Source: Enoplolaimus lenunculus (Eukaryota). Taken from it: DNA of 64,000 nucleotides. Each line of letters starts with the position of its first letter. The stretch's first letter is position 1. Shown piece by piece: positions 37,446-51,000 of this stretch. The DNA lies in contig JASANG010003711.1 in NCBI GenBank assembly GCA_030248215.1, forward strand, positions 558,001-622,000, written 5' to 3'. The notes below the pieces were generated by a model. That model was not told the origin of the DNA, made no database searches, and saw nothing but the letters and a program-made list of their open reading frames with translations. Both the position numbers and the translations under genes were made by a program.

Positions 37446-40400
37446 ATGTTTGGATTCGTTGCTAACCTTGGCCATTTGCTTGAAACTGGCGGAAGCGTAC
37501 TGTGTTCTGATGTGCAATGTTTCGCGTCTGTGGGAAAATTGCTGAAAAATTTGTTACCTGCACTCGTGATGATAACGCTATCAGCGTTAGGATCGAGTCT
37601 TGTATATGTTGCCGAACACTATACTCCAAAACGTATTGAGATTCCACCGCTAAGTCCAACTGGATGTTTATCAAACGCGTCATTTTGGGCAACGTTGAAC
37701 TTTGTCAATTCACTGAGTACCACTGTTGGTAAGTGAGTACCGAATTCGACTTTTCAATGAAAAGGATTGGCAGCAGAGTTGCAAATATGGGATTCAATTG
37801 GTGATATATCAAGAATTAACAACACATCACATGCATGGTGTAAACACTGTAAAATTACACTTAAAAAATTCGATTTTTAAAGATTATTAACAAAATCGTT
37901 ATTTGTTTAATTTTAGGAATTAAAAATAGATCAGATGTCTAAAAAATGGCATCTGCCAACTACTGACCACAAACTAAATAGGTTTGTGTTTCTCAAAAAA
38001 TTAGCTAACGGGAGACGTATAGTTTCAGTGTTGTTTAAACGTAAATTTAATCACAAGTATTAATATATCCTGTAGGGATCCGAATATTAACGGATATAAG
38101 AAGGGGTCGCCAAAATTTCTGACTTCGTAAACGCCAACTACCGTAATATAATTGCGTGAATGCTTCCCGAACCAAATAAAGTACAGTACAGAAATTGGTA
38201 GATTATTCAAAGTATATGTCAAATCAGAGGTTAAGTGGGTAAAAATTTTACCCGCGTTGCACTTTATCCCCGGAGAGTTTAAGTTTTAACCGCCAGCATT
38301 CCCGTATATAATTCCTTTACTTGTTAACAGCGTTTACCCGCCCTAATTTTACAGTCCATTGATTTTACGTTACAAAAAACTCTTTATTAGTATTAACTTT
38401 CAAAACAAACCATTAAGTAAAAAATGTAACACCGGATATGGATAATTGTGCACGTTACACGAATCACCGTTAAACTGGGTTTGTTTGCCGATGGGTGATC
38501 AGTGAAGGCAGGCGATGAATGTGGGGAAATGGAATAAGAACAACATTGATGTGAGTGAGATGTTTGCCGTAATAAGGAACTAGGTCATAGATAACTTTAG
38601 TAAAGCATTCTTTCCAGAAACATAATCTTAGCAACCTGTTTTTTGTGAAGGATGCTAGCTATGCACGTTGAACCACTGCTTGCCAGTTTTTATAAAAATT
38701 TTAGGTGGGTAAAGATTAACAAATTTTTATACACACTTTGAAATTCTTTACCTTCGGATATACCCGCATCAAAATTTTCTTACCCGTCCCGCGTTTAGCC
38801 GCGGCTGCCCCAGGTAACGTGCCCCTCTGCATCCGATATCGACACCCATTCTATCTGTACAGCTTGAAAATCAATTTATTAGGTGGTAAAACAGTTTTGC
38901 TAGCATATGAATGCATTAATAGCTGGTATTAAATTCTTTTGCTGGTTTGAAAATTTAACTTTTTACGTGAAATAGTTTAATTGTTGAGATCTTTTGAACT
39001 ATTCATAAATTTATTCAATATTTGCTATTGCCAAATATATTTGGCACACTGTTCCAAATCCCACTCCTATAGAAAAATGTCTGACGGATTCTGAATAACC
39101 AAATTTTTTATGCAAATATTGGAATCAATCCGAGCTACCAAACCGACAGAAAGAGATCCATGGCGGCCTCGGTTTTGAACCTCAGCCTTGAAAATGTTAA
39201 AGTTAATAATGTTTCGATGAGTTTATGACCTTGAATGGAACTTTAAGAACTTGCTATTCCAAATATGTCAATGAAGCCCTGTTCACACGTGCTAGTGGTA
39301 CAGCTACTTTCTTGCAACAAACGCCTAAATACAAACAAATATTTAGTTTTTACAGGATATGGCACAAATTATCCATGCACTGATTGTGGTCGTTTGGTGT
39401 CAGTAATGTATATTATACTTGGATTACCATTAAATGTGTTAGTACTTGATAACATAGGCAAAATCAGTCTGTCCATGCTACACTGGATTTGGCCAAGGCT
39501 CAAAGCGGTCGCTACGACAATATATCGGTGCAGTTGTTGGTTCAAACAAACTGGTAAATCAAAGGTAGGTTGGTTTGAGTGGAACGCCCGATATTCATAC
39601 GGAATTATTTTTGTATTGATCAAAATCGTGCATTTTTATTAGACAATATTTCATGAGTTTTGAAACTGAAATTTTTTGAAGACTTTTTAGAAATGTGTGA
39701 AAAACGTTTTTCATCCATTTTTCACCAATATCCAAAATTACTGTTTATAGTTTATATTGTTTACTAGGCTGAGCTCATGCCGACAATAGCGTACCGAGGA
39801 TTTTGGATTCGAAAGCGGCGTCATGGAAAAACAACTGAACTATTAAATCATATAATAAAATTAGGCAAATTGTTCACAATGGTTCCGTGAAACACCGTTC
39901 TTGTGTAACAAATTCGAATTCTAAGCTTGGGGAGTGACAGCTATGCACCCCTAACCCATCGCGGTATATCCCTGCACGTCGACGAAAATAATAAAGCAAG
40001 TGTGATTATATTTTCAGAAAGCAAAAGAAAAATACGCGAATGGAAATGCAGTGTTTCCTGCACAAACCAACAACGACGCTAGCAGTATGAAATCAGGACA
40101 CAGTAAAAACGAACCAGCTACAACTTCGGCCACTTTGCCATTTACGCTGGGTCTCGCAATTGCAGTGTTGTGGATTTTGGCTACGGCAGCATATTTTACG
40201 TTAATTGAAGGTACAAACTCGGTTGCTGTTCTCGCTTTTCGATATTAAACACTTGGTCTCATATGGGCCAATTAATGCCGGCGATTCTTCTAACGAGTAA
40301 CAATTATAGTTTAAAAGTATACGCTATAAATATCGGTTAAAAATCTATGTCTGGACTATCCAGAGGTGGTGATATGCCAACCGTATGGGAACGCGCCCCT

Positions 40401-43400
40401 CCACACGCAAATATTTCCTATACATATCGGGGAGGGTGGTCGTGGCTAAATTAACAACGAAGGAAAGGATTCTGTTGGAATGTCAAAGCCAAGGGTCAGG
40501 AGAATTTCGGAGCGGTCAAATACCGACCATTTTTCCAACGGGTTTGTTATTTTATGATACAAACGGTATATTTGTAAATTGTTGATGTCTAAAAACGGGG
40601 TTTTTCGTTTTTCCGGAAAAAACGGAAAAACAGAAAAATTGAAAACCATGTTGTATTGCTTCCGCAAGCGCAAAAACTGAAAAAATGCCATTTAGGAGAA
40701 TCAAATTTACTATTTTATTAAGTATGATTTTTTGATAACACAAGTTTATATGCATACAGCACAAACTACAGAACTATCATATACCTAAAAAGCTGCATAT
40801 GCAAACCAAGTTAACCATAAACTTGTGGGTTTGAGTCCGGCAAAAAATTGCAAACAGGATTTGTAGCTTTATTGATATATGAAAAATGAAATTATTCAGA
40901 AGTTCGGTTCCGAACTAAACGCTGCATATATCTGCAATAATTGTTGCATCAAAGAGAAACAGAAAAATCTTAAATAGATACAGCAATCGCATTAGGTAAG
41001 ATTAAAGAAGTATATAGTAGCAGGGATGCAACTGGAATTCCGGTTTGATTTGGAAACCATTTGTATAGCATACTTTTTAGCGCCGTAGGACTGCTGCGGC
41101 GAGAGGAGACATACCGTAGCTTTAGTAAAGTGCCGTGCAATTTAGAACCTGTAAACACGTGTTTTTCTGCTCTTTCCAAAATTTTACGAGACTCTTGTAT
41201 CCCCTTATTTCTCCTACTGGTAGATACAAAGGGGAACCAACATTTTGTATTGAAAGGTTTAGCACTAAAATGGCGGATGGCTTCGTGTGGTTCCCTTTTA
41301 AAAATTTCCTGGTCCTGCCATTGATGTCACATCAGTAAATCAACCTTCGCGATGGCGGAAGCGTGAGAGAAACCAATTTCTCCCGGTTTCCACGATGTTT
41401 TGTCGCTGTTTTGCGAGTGATTTACTGAGATTATAATAAAAAGTTATTACGTTTTCTACACCTCCTCGAAAAAATGAAATAAAAGCGAAAAAAACCCGTT
41501 TTTTCCGTTGTTTTTTTCCGGTGCCCATCCGTGTACATATCATGAATTCAGAGGCAAATGTGCTGTATTTGTCGCAACTCTTAGAAATATTAATGTTCAA
41601 TTGCTGTTCGGCAAAGGCCGTCAAAAAAGTTTACTCTAAACGGCACTGAAAGCGCCACGGAGGCATTGTCAGACATACGAATTCCAAAGCAAACCGCGAT
41701 ATACTCTTTTTCTGTCAAGTTTTGTCACCTAACGGGTGCATAATATTTCCCAACACACCAAAAAACCCGAAATTTTAACTTTTGCTTAAATTGCTTCTGA
41801 ATGCTTTACTTTTTAGCACAACTGAAGCTTTGTTCTTGATATCAAATTTACATTTCGAATGGCTAAAATTTTGTGTCATTTTCTGAGGGTCGCTGATCTT
41901 TCGACTGATTCGAGTTTGATTCCTGGCAAGGAGAGACCTGATTAAGAAGAAATGTTACGCTAACTTGATCACTACTGAAAATGTAACATTATAGTGACGT
42001 TAGCGCAAATGACAATTTGTTTGCACTTTTTCATAGAAATGGCCGACATTTACGTTATATTAAACATGCGCTATGCAGTTGACAAGAAATTTCGTCCGCT
42101 TGGAAAAATCTGTAGGTACCCACACACCAGTCTTCAAAACGCTGGGAATTTTATACTAAGTACTTTATTAACTTCCCTCGTAGAAGTACTTGCGGCAATC
42201 GTGGCTTAAAAATTTACAACAATTTGTGCCAAAGTAGCTAGCTGATGCAATTGAACACAATATATAGTTATAGAAAGGAAACAATTTTAAAATCGAAATG
42301 CGTTTGAGCATTTACAGGCTGGAATTACTTTTCGTCAATGTATTTTACACTTGTGTCTCTGACAACAGTTGGACTGGGCGATTTCGCACCGTCAAAAATG
42401 AATCTTACGGTTATCAACTATTTTACAATATTTATGGGCCTGGCGATGTTGTCTACATGCATCAATATTATGCAAGAAAACATTGATCATTTAATTGAAA
42501 ATCTACAGAAACAAATAAAAGAAAACTACAAACAACAATTGCTGGAAGAATCTCACGGTAAGTTGCTTCAATCGTTATAGATAAATCACACTGTTGCAGG
42601 GTGGATGGATCCAGACGCAATTCAGACTACGAGTGATTATTTAAGGCAATTTATGCGCTTGTCCAATCGAGCGAATAGGTATGACAAACGTTAATTTGAG
42701 TTAGTTGTCTGCCTACACTGCAAAAAATGGTGAGTCAAATTGACTCTCCCCAAAATAGGCTTTCCGGGCTCACAAGCTGAGTCAAAATTCGACTCCGCCA
42801 GAGTGAAATTTGACTCACTGAGCGACTCATTAAGTCGAATTTGACTCCGGCGGAGTGAAACTTTGACTCAGTTTGTGTAGTCTGGAAAAGCCTATTTCGG
42901 AGGGAGACAATTTGACTCACCATTTTTTGCAGTGTAGCGCTTTATACCATAAACGGAAGGAGCATTTTACACCAATAATGGCCAATCGTAAAATATCAAA
43001 ATACATAATTTTAGAAGTAAAGTTTTCGCTTGCTGTCGCTTATAAGGATCTATTCACTGCGAATAATTCAGTATTTTTCGATCATTGGCGGGGACTTAAT
43101 ACCATATCAGCCAGGAAAAGGCCCCTCGCACACTTGGCACGCCACACCATTTATTCAGGTTATAGTTCGTTGGTCACTGGATCATGGGCCAACTACCTAT
43201 TGGTCACAGTTGATGGGTCAAATATGGTTACCCGTTAGGGATACGGACTCGTGTTGATTGGGACTCATAATGGGAACCCCCTTTTCTGTAGCCTCATACA
43301 TTTCGTACGTAGCAGTTGATTCTATGCAGAATTCGAAAATGGCACAAGCGAAAATTCCCACATCTCACATGAAAACAAACTGGAAAGTTCCAGCAAATCA

Positions 43401-43679
43401 CCTCAAAAGCCAAACATCGTAAACCAAAACTCAACCGGTTGGCTTACATCATTTATGAGTGAAAAACAAAAACAATCACTTAACGAAATGTACGAGCAAT
43501 CAATGAAAATGCGAGTTCGCTCAGTTCAAGCGGTTACAACCACGTCAAACGCCATGTCCCAGACCGAACGTCGCCAAACTGACAAACCTACTCAGGTGTC
43601 TTCCAGTCGGGAAAACCACAATAGACGAAGGGCGAAAAGCGAGCAACGCAGACAATCAAATCCGAAATGGACATTTTGA
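37446..43679 (+). CDS. Two-pore-domain potassium channel (K2P/TWK-like), paralog C
   Basis: Exons 37446-37728, 39356-39564, 40018-40210, 42318-42557, 43330-43679. P1 STTVG|YG, P2 SLTTVGLGDFAP; gccATG start with an in-frame stop upstream. Confidence 0.9.
42716..42934. mobile_element. TA-flanked MITE with CACTG termini and internal TTTGACTC repeats
   Basis: ta|cactgcaaaaaatggtgagtcaaattg…caatttgactcaccattttttgcagtg|ta; a left-end fragment occurs near 46991. Confidence 0.8.
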
Positions 43680-45018
43680 CTTTTCAAGTTGCTCGCTTTT
43701 TGTTGTTCGTAATGAGGTTAAAATTTTGCAAGCGAAACGAGTCACATGGTGCCCAAAAAGTCAGCTGATGTACGTATGTTTATTGTGGAAACTGCTCGAA
43801 CGATTGTGTGATATGAACGGTATAAAACAAAGACGAGAATTCAAAATGGTTACATCTTAATTTTTCTGGCCACCGATATGTCACTTGCCATCAAATCTAA
43901 GCGTAAAGAATGAGCCTATACCTAAACCTAAGCAAAAAAGAGTCCAAAGCTCGGAAACGTAACCAAGGGGGCTCAGCCCCTACCCTGAAAAAATTTTGGC
44001 CCCCTACAAAATTAACAACCTAAACTTGAGTTCGAAACTTTAAAGCGTATTTAAGCTTTGAAAGTACATTCCTAAGTATACCTAACATTGCATTACCGCT
44101 CAAGCTATTAACGCAAGACAAATAAACGTGTAATTCAATGGATATGTGCAATAACGGATATATATCAGTAACGAAGGTTGGCGGAGAGATGGTTGAAAAT
44201 AAATAACAGTCAGTCCCCCATCTTATTCGGGTCACTACAGTAACCATCCAAGTTCACAGTGTTCCTTGCAGCCGACTTCTGATTGGCTGATGAAAAATGC
44301 AAGTTCTGCGTGTATGCAGCTGCAAGTTCTCGCAGCAAAACTTGCACGTGTGAATAGGACTTTAACGTTTTTGCATGCTTCCTTTGACGAAATTGAAAAA
44401 CACAAAAATATTAAAAATCGTTTATTTCGTAAATGAGTAAAACAACAATTATATCATTATATAAGTAGGCAGTGTCTGCTATAATACCATTGTAACATTA
44501 ACTTAAGTGTTCCAATTCCGATGCAAATGATGCTCAGTTAATTGGAACGTTTCGTGCAATAGAGGTTGTAGCATATGCTATAATCCGGTTTTAGCCAAAA
44601 TTAATTATTATAAACGACGGTATTTTAGTAACCGGTTGAAATATTTTTCACAAAAATGGGTCCAACTTCATCCAAAATTTGTTTTTTGTATCCCCAAAAA
44701 ATATTTAAGCAAAATGTAAAAAACAGCAACATAAAACGAATATACTCCATACAAATAAAAACAGCGTTTGATTCAAAATTAACTAAAGTTCTCTTGCAAA
44801 TAAGTTTTCAGTTTGACGACCCATAACGCAGCGATGTAGCCAGGGTGAGATCCAGTAGGAACATGACCCCCAATGCAACGATTTTGGCAAATTGATTTCT
44901 GTTAATAACTAAACTCTTGATAAGACAAATATACTAAAAATTCAGGCATGCTTAAGTAATTGACATGGTCTTTCCTTAACTAAAAACCTTGGCTAAGCGG
45001 CTTATGCCATAATCATCA

Positions 45019-48000
45019 CTAACATCCGAAACTATTACAAGGTTTATCGTCAATTTGTGTCGCTTGTCCGATACATCCGTTCACAACTGGACACGTTCGC
45101 TTGCGATCTCGTTGACCTCCGCCACAAGTCCGAGAACACACAGACCATTCGCCCCAGTTGCTCCATTCAGGGCACGGTCCAGTTTCACACTCTTGTGTTT
45201 CTTGTTCGATGCCGCATTTTGGAGGGCCTTCAGGACATTTTGATCGTGACCGCGCTTGTGTTCCGCCACCACATGTTTGAGTACACGGCGACCATTTTGA
45301 CCAAAACACTGAAGTTCTACATGGAGCCTGAAATTAAGGATAAATAAGCAACAGACCTAAATGCGACTTGGATGCAAAATGTAGCGCTAAAGAACTACGG
45401 GTAGCGACGTTACTTATGCCAACCTGTTTGACGTAGCAGTCTTCCTGTTTGTTGTTTACATGAAATCATATGCCCGAAATTTAGTTGGAATGAAGTCCGA
45501 ATTACATTTTGCGTGATGTTTCAACTTTACTACTATTAGTAAACAATCCTTGTTGATAACCAAATTTAAGACGTAAACCCAACGATTGTAAAGTCAAAAA
45601 ACTTGTTACCTTCATGCATGGTTCAACATCTTCTGATTTGCCCAAGCATCCTGGTCCGCGCTCACACGTTCGTGTTTTCGTTCGTTGCCCTTCGCCACAT
45701 GTCAGCGAACACTCGGACCAAGGTCCCCATTGGCCCCATTGAGGGCACTCGTGAGTATTACAGCGAACAGCGTCGGCTTCAAACGCTTCGCCTGGAGAAC
45801 AAGCGCCTTCAATTGGGCATGTTCGTGTTCGAGAGCGGTCGCCACCGCCGCAAGAAACGCTGAAAAGTAAACATACGATCTGTACTGTAGTGACCCGAAT
45901 ACGAGGGGGACTGATATTTATTTAGCCTCTCCAGAGGGTACCCCACTTGTTATTCGGTTACGAACTGTTTTGTTTTTAACCCACGCTCCGCCACCCTTCG
46001 TTACTGATATATCCGGTGCTGCAACTATCCGTTGAATTAAAGTTTATTCGTCATGTGTCAATAGCTTGAGGGATAATACAAGGTTATACTTAGGAATGTA
46101 CATTCAAAATTTAAGCACGCTTTAAAGTTTCGAACTCAAATTATTTGGTCCTGGAGTCATTTATGCGCTACTATTAGGGTTAATTGACATTTATGGACTC
46201 TAATTAGGGTTTAGTTACCCGATTCGCGTGCGGACTCTTATTAGGGATACGGACCCCGATTGATTCGGGCTCAAAATGGGGACCCCTTTCGTTACTCCCC
46301 CGTCTTATTCGGGTCAATACAGTAGTTCAAACCGCTGTTGTACGCTTTCCTTCCACTGCAAAATGCAGATACAACGATTCAGATACCGATACATTACCGA
46401 TATTTGAGTTTAACACCAGTGCCGGAAAAATTACAAACAAATATGCAAATAAATATATATTTCAAGAGGTGCTGTTGCGAATAAATATATATTTCCTGAG
46501 GTTTTGTGGTTAATCCAACGAGGACACTGGGTTCTTCGTATCCAAGTTTTCCTCTCCCTCCGATCCCTTTCCCCGGTTGACTCATTCTACTGTATTCCGT
46601 CAACGTAAAATTTACACCAGGCTTAACTTCGCAGATAAGTTTGCGGTGCAGCATACCTACACAGGAAATATTATCTTCTATATGAAACCGATACGAGCAT
46701 AATGAATACGCAATGAGCAGAATCACACATTTTACGGCATAAAAATTTGTATGTTCATTCCTTTTCACCCCAGCACCAGCTTCGTTTCCCATCTAAAATG
46801 TGGGGCTTGCGTATTACTCCCACACTCGCCTGCAACCTATAGATACCTCACCGAGTTATGCGAACATTTATTTTTGCGCTTTGAAATGTTGCCCGATCCT
46901 TGGTCCAAACCTACGCTCAGTATACTTAACCGACCAGTCATACGAGTTTTTATGTTTTCATCATATAATACAACTCAATTTGTATGATATACACCGCAAA
47001 AAATGGTGAGTCAAATTGGCTCTCTCCGAAATAACATTTCTGGACTACAAAAATTGAGATAAAATTCTACTCTACCAGAGTCAAATTCAACGTGAAAACA
47101 TAAAATTATTAAACAACATACCTGCAGTCAGACCATGGAGCCCATTCACCCCAATCAGGACACGGGATTTGATTACAAATCGATGACTCTTCGTTTAGAC
47201 CAGCACATCCGTCAGGAATTGGACATTTGCGCGCTCTTGTCCTTGATCCACCTGAAACCGCTAATCTAAGTAGTTCTCTTATTTGCAATATCATCGTCTT
47301 AAATAATGCAATATACCAATTTTTGCGTCGTTGCAGACAATCTTGAAATAAAATGTTATTTTAGTGCAAAATAAGCACAAAAATTAGCTTAAATGATCTC
47401 CAAATTACGGATTGCGTGTGTTACAGGCGTATTAAAACAGACAGATGTATTTTTGAGACAAGGTTGTTGGTTTAGCTTGAAGCAGTCGAAATTTAGAATT
47501 GAATGGTAAAATTTGATATACATTCGTGAAATCATAACGTTCTTATGAATTGTTTAATTAGCGAATTTTTGACTTGCCTCCACAAAGCGTTGTACATTCA
47601 CTCCAGTTTTCCCACGACGCCCATTGCGGGCAGATGCCTTTGTCGCATTCGCGTGAATCTTTGTTACCTTTGTTATCACCTGGAAACAGACACTGCAAAA
47701 TTTTATTTTGATGTTTCTTTGCAAAAACTACTTACTAACGACGGTCCATGCAAAGAACAGCGGCGGAACGTTTTTCCTCGTGGCTGTAATAAACTTGGTT
47801 TATACTTCAGACTAATGTTTTTTGCTTAGACTTAGTCCTACGCCTAGGCGTAGGCTTAGGCTTAGGCTTATGCTTATACTACTGTGACGGCCCTGTTCCA
47901 TACATTAGCCCAAACGCCGAAGTGTTTGAAACCGTTAAAAAACTCAAGTTTAAGCTATAACTACTCTTAGGCTTAGGCTTAGGCTTACGCTTAGGAATAT

Positions 48001-51000
48001 TCTTACATTACTGCTACGGCCCTGTTCTATACATTGGCCCTAACGACGAAGTCTTGGAAACCCTAAAAATTCAGGTTTAATCAAACTCCTGTTTTCAAAA
48101 ACCTATCCTTTCTGGCCAAGCTTAGGATATAATTGTTTCCACGTGAACATTTCAGCAATATCAAACTTAAGTCAAAACAATATTCGCAAACGCCGACAAC
48201 CGAGAACATTTAGCCTCCTTGAAAACAAACACCTCTGCTATTCTAATAATTCTTTGTTTTGTTTTTACTCATTTCTCGATGTTTCAATTACAAAAAGTAG
48301 AGTCGCATACGTTTGGCCGCGGGAAACAGCGGTGTAAAAAAGTTTCCAGTAGTTATTTTTTGCAACAAAATCTTCTTGCAATTTTTAAAACATAAAAAAT
48401 TCTAATCTGTATTAACGGCTTGAACCTATTCGATGACAACGAATTCTTACAATATTTTGAAACATAAAAAATTCTAATCTGTATTATAGCGTGAACCAAT
48501 TCGATGACCATCACTAAATTTGTACAATATTTGAAGCATAAACAATTTACTAAGCTGTAATCACAGGTTAAACGTTCGAAAATGTTCATATTTTAGTAAA
48601 ATGCTAACATACCAACGCATGGTGCATCAGATCTTGAGCAAGTCCGTTCACGAGTTTCGATTCCTATTCCGCAGCTAACCGAACAGGGAGTCCATTCGGT
48701 CCACGGGCCCCATTTTGGACATTGTCCCAAATTGCATTTCTTTGAGTCGGTTTCGCCTTTGCCGTCAGCTAAAATATAACAAACAATAAAGTCGTGAGAT
48801 ATTTCAACATATTACGACATGATACACTTTACTGCTTTATGCTCACTATGTTATTCATGAATTAGGATGGCGCTGTACTTGTCGGGAACTCGCCCTTTTG
48901 CCGTAATGGCCCGGACCCTCAACACACAAAAATTCACTGCAACCAATAATGGCCAAGTGTATCGGGGCGCCGCGGCACCTGTGTTCCATTCGACATTATA
49001 TACCCTAGTAATTTTTGAGTATAAAAATCTAAACTAGTGACAACACTGAGGAAGTGGAATTTAAATTAAAATTTTGTACGTTATTTTAACTGCGTATGTC
49101 TCACAGCATACTCCGGTTCCGGCAAAACTTGCTGATCTTCAGCTGGATATTTTTCACCTACGGATACATCCAGCCACTAGAGTGTATAGTATCGTAAACT
49201 TAGGCCAAACGATTATGTACACTGGTAACGTAGAGAATTTTTTTGAACACAAAAGCAAAAATACGGCTGGCTAAAGGTGTGTCGCGGGTAAAGCAACTTT
49301 GCGTGGATATAACCACGGTCAAGAAAATAAATTCGCGCCAGGTACTACATGGCCGACAAAATAGTTTAGATTCATGCAGGAAAAACGGTTAAAGTATTCG
49401 TTAAACAAGTTATGCAAACTTATCAATTAAGCAAGTTAACATTTACCACGAGCTTTTCTTGCAACGTCTATGTTAGCATTCACTAACACTAATTTGTACA
49501 GGATTACGACCAATGTAAAAAAACAGGGGCGGAACAGTACTATAAGCAAATTCCAAAGCCTAAGCCTAAGCCAAAGCCTATAAATCTAAGCGTAAGAATG
49601 AGAATATTCCTAAGCCTAAGCCTAAGCTTAAACCTAATTCAAGCAAAACATTAGTCTAAAGCTTATGCTTACTCTGTTGCAGTCAAGCAAAAAACGTTCC
49701 GCCACTGATCTTTACACGGGCCAGAATTACAATGAAAATAAAAGCAATATAGCAAAACATAAATGCATGCAATGTTAGCTATTAAGTATAGAATGACGAT
49801 TATGTTTCCGAGTTTGAAAACCTAAAACGACTCAAACGAATGCATCGCATCCATAGTCACAATACTAATAAATGCTAAGAAAAGGTGCTGGTTTACTTCA
49901 CCGTACACTAATGTCTTCATACAGCATTAAATTTCACCATCCGCACGCCACTGTTTATTTTTCTAATCTAAAGCTTAGGCTTACGATGAGAAATAAGCTC
50001 AGACTGATTAATCGGTATTGGCAGTGGCTTAGGCTGAGACATATGCTAAACCTGAGCCTAAGCTTAAACGTAAGCTTAACCCTCAGCATGCTTAATTAAT
50101 TCAGTTATTATGCGGGAGAAAAGAAAATTTTTCCTGGGGAAAGTAAACCAGTACCATTAAACGTTTGTCCAAATACTATGACGAATTTTCAACAAAAATA
50201 AGATGCCCAGCTGTATATTCGGACAAATTAAATCTGTTCTTTAATACGAACAGCATCGCCTAACGATACTAGCGCATAGCTTAAACGTTTTAGGGGCCGC
50301 AAACTTTCTAGAAGAAATCCAATGCAATTATTGCAAACTGCAACACCTCAGCACTTATAAAAGTCTGCAACTTTGGCGCTACCAAACTGAGACCCGCGTT
50401 TTCTCACCACCAATATCACATTCTGCATCCTGCCTTGAACATTCTCTCGATCTGCTGGATTGTCCATCACCGCATGTGCTTGAACACTCGGACCATGGAG
50501 TCCATTCTGTCCATATTGGACAGTCGCCGTCATTACATTCTTGTTCATCGGTGTCAGATTTACCATTAGGTTCAACTAAAGTGCCACATGCGATACCGGT
50601 TGAAATTACTAATGTAAACTGTTTGTTTTTGCTAAAGTTCGCAGTTTTACTGAGATTATAATTATAGGGAAATAGTAAATCATTTGCTTCCTAAAACGTT
50701 TTCTTTAGTGCCTCCATATTGTGACGTTTACTAATTATGTTTTTATTTCAGAATCTACAAGATCATGCTCCCGTGTACGACGGCATCAGATTTGCGATTA
50801 GATTCGATCAAAGACTGATATAGGTTACAGGTAAACTTACTGCTATACATTTCGATTTTTTATAAATTTATATTTTTTTCGAAAAATGTTTTTTGCTAAG
50901 AAAACTTTACTAATTATGCTCCTAATTTATCATATTTCAAATCCATACAATCCTTTTCGTCGTGTCAGCTTTGTCATTTGTTTCTATTAAAGTACAAAAT

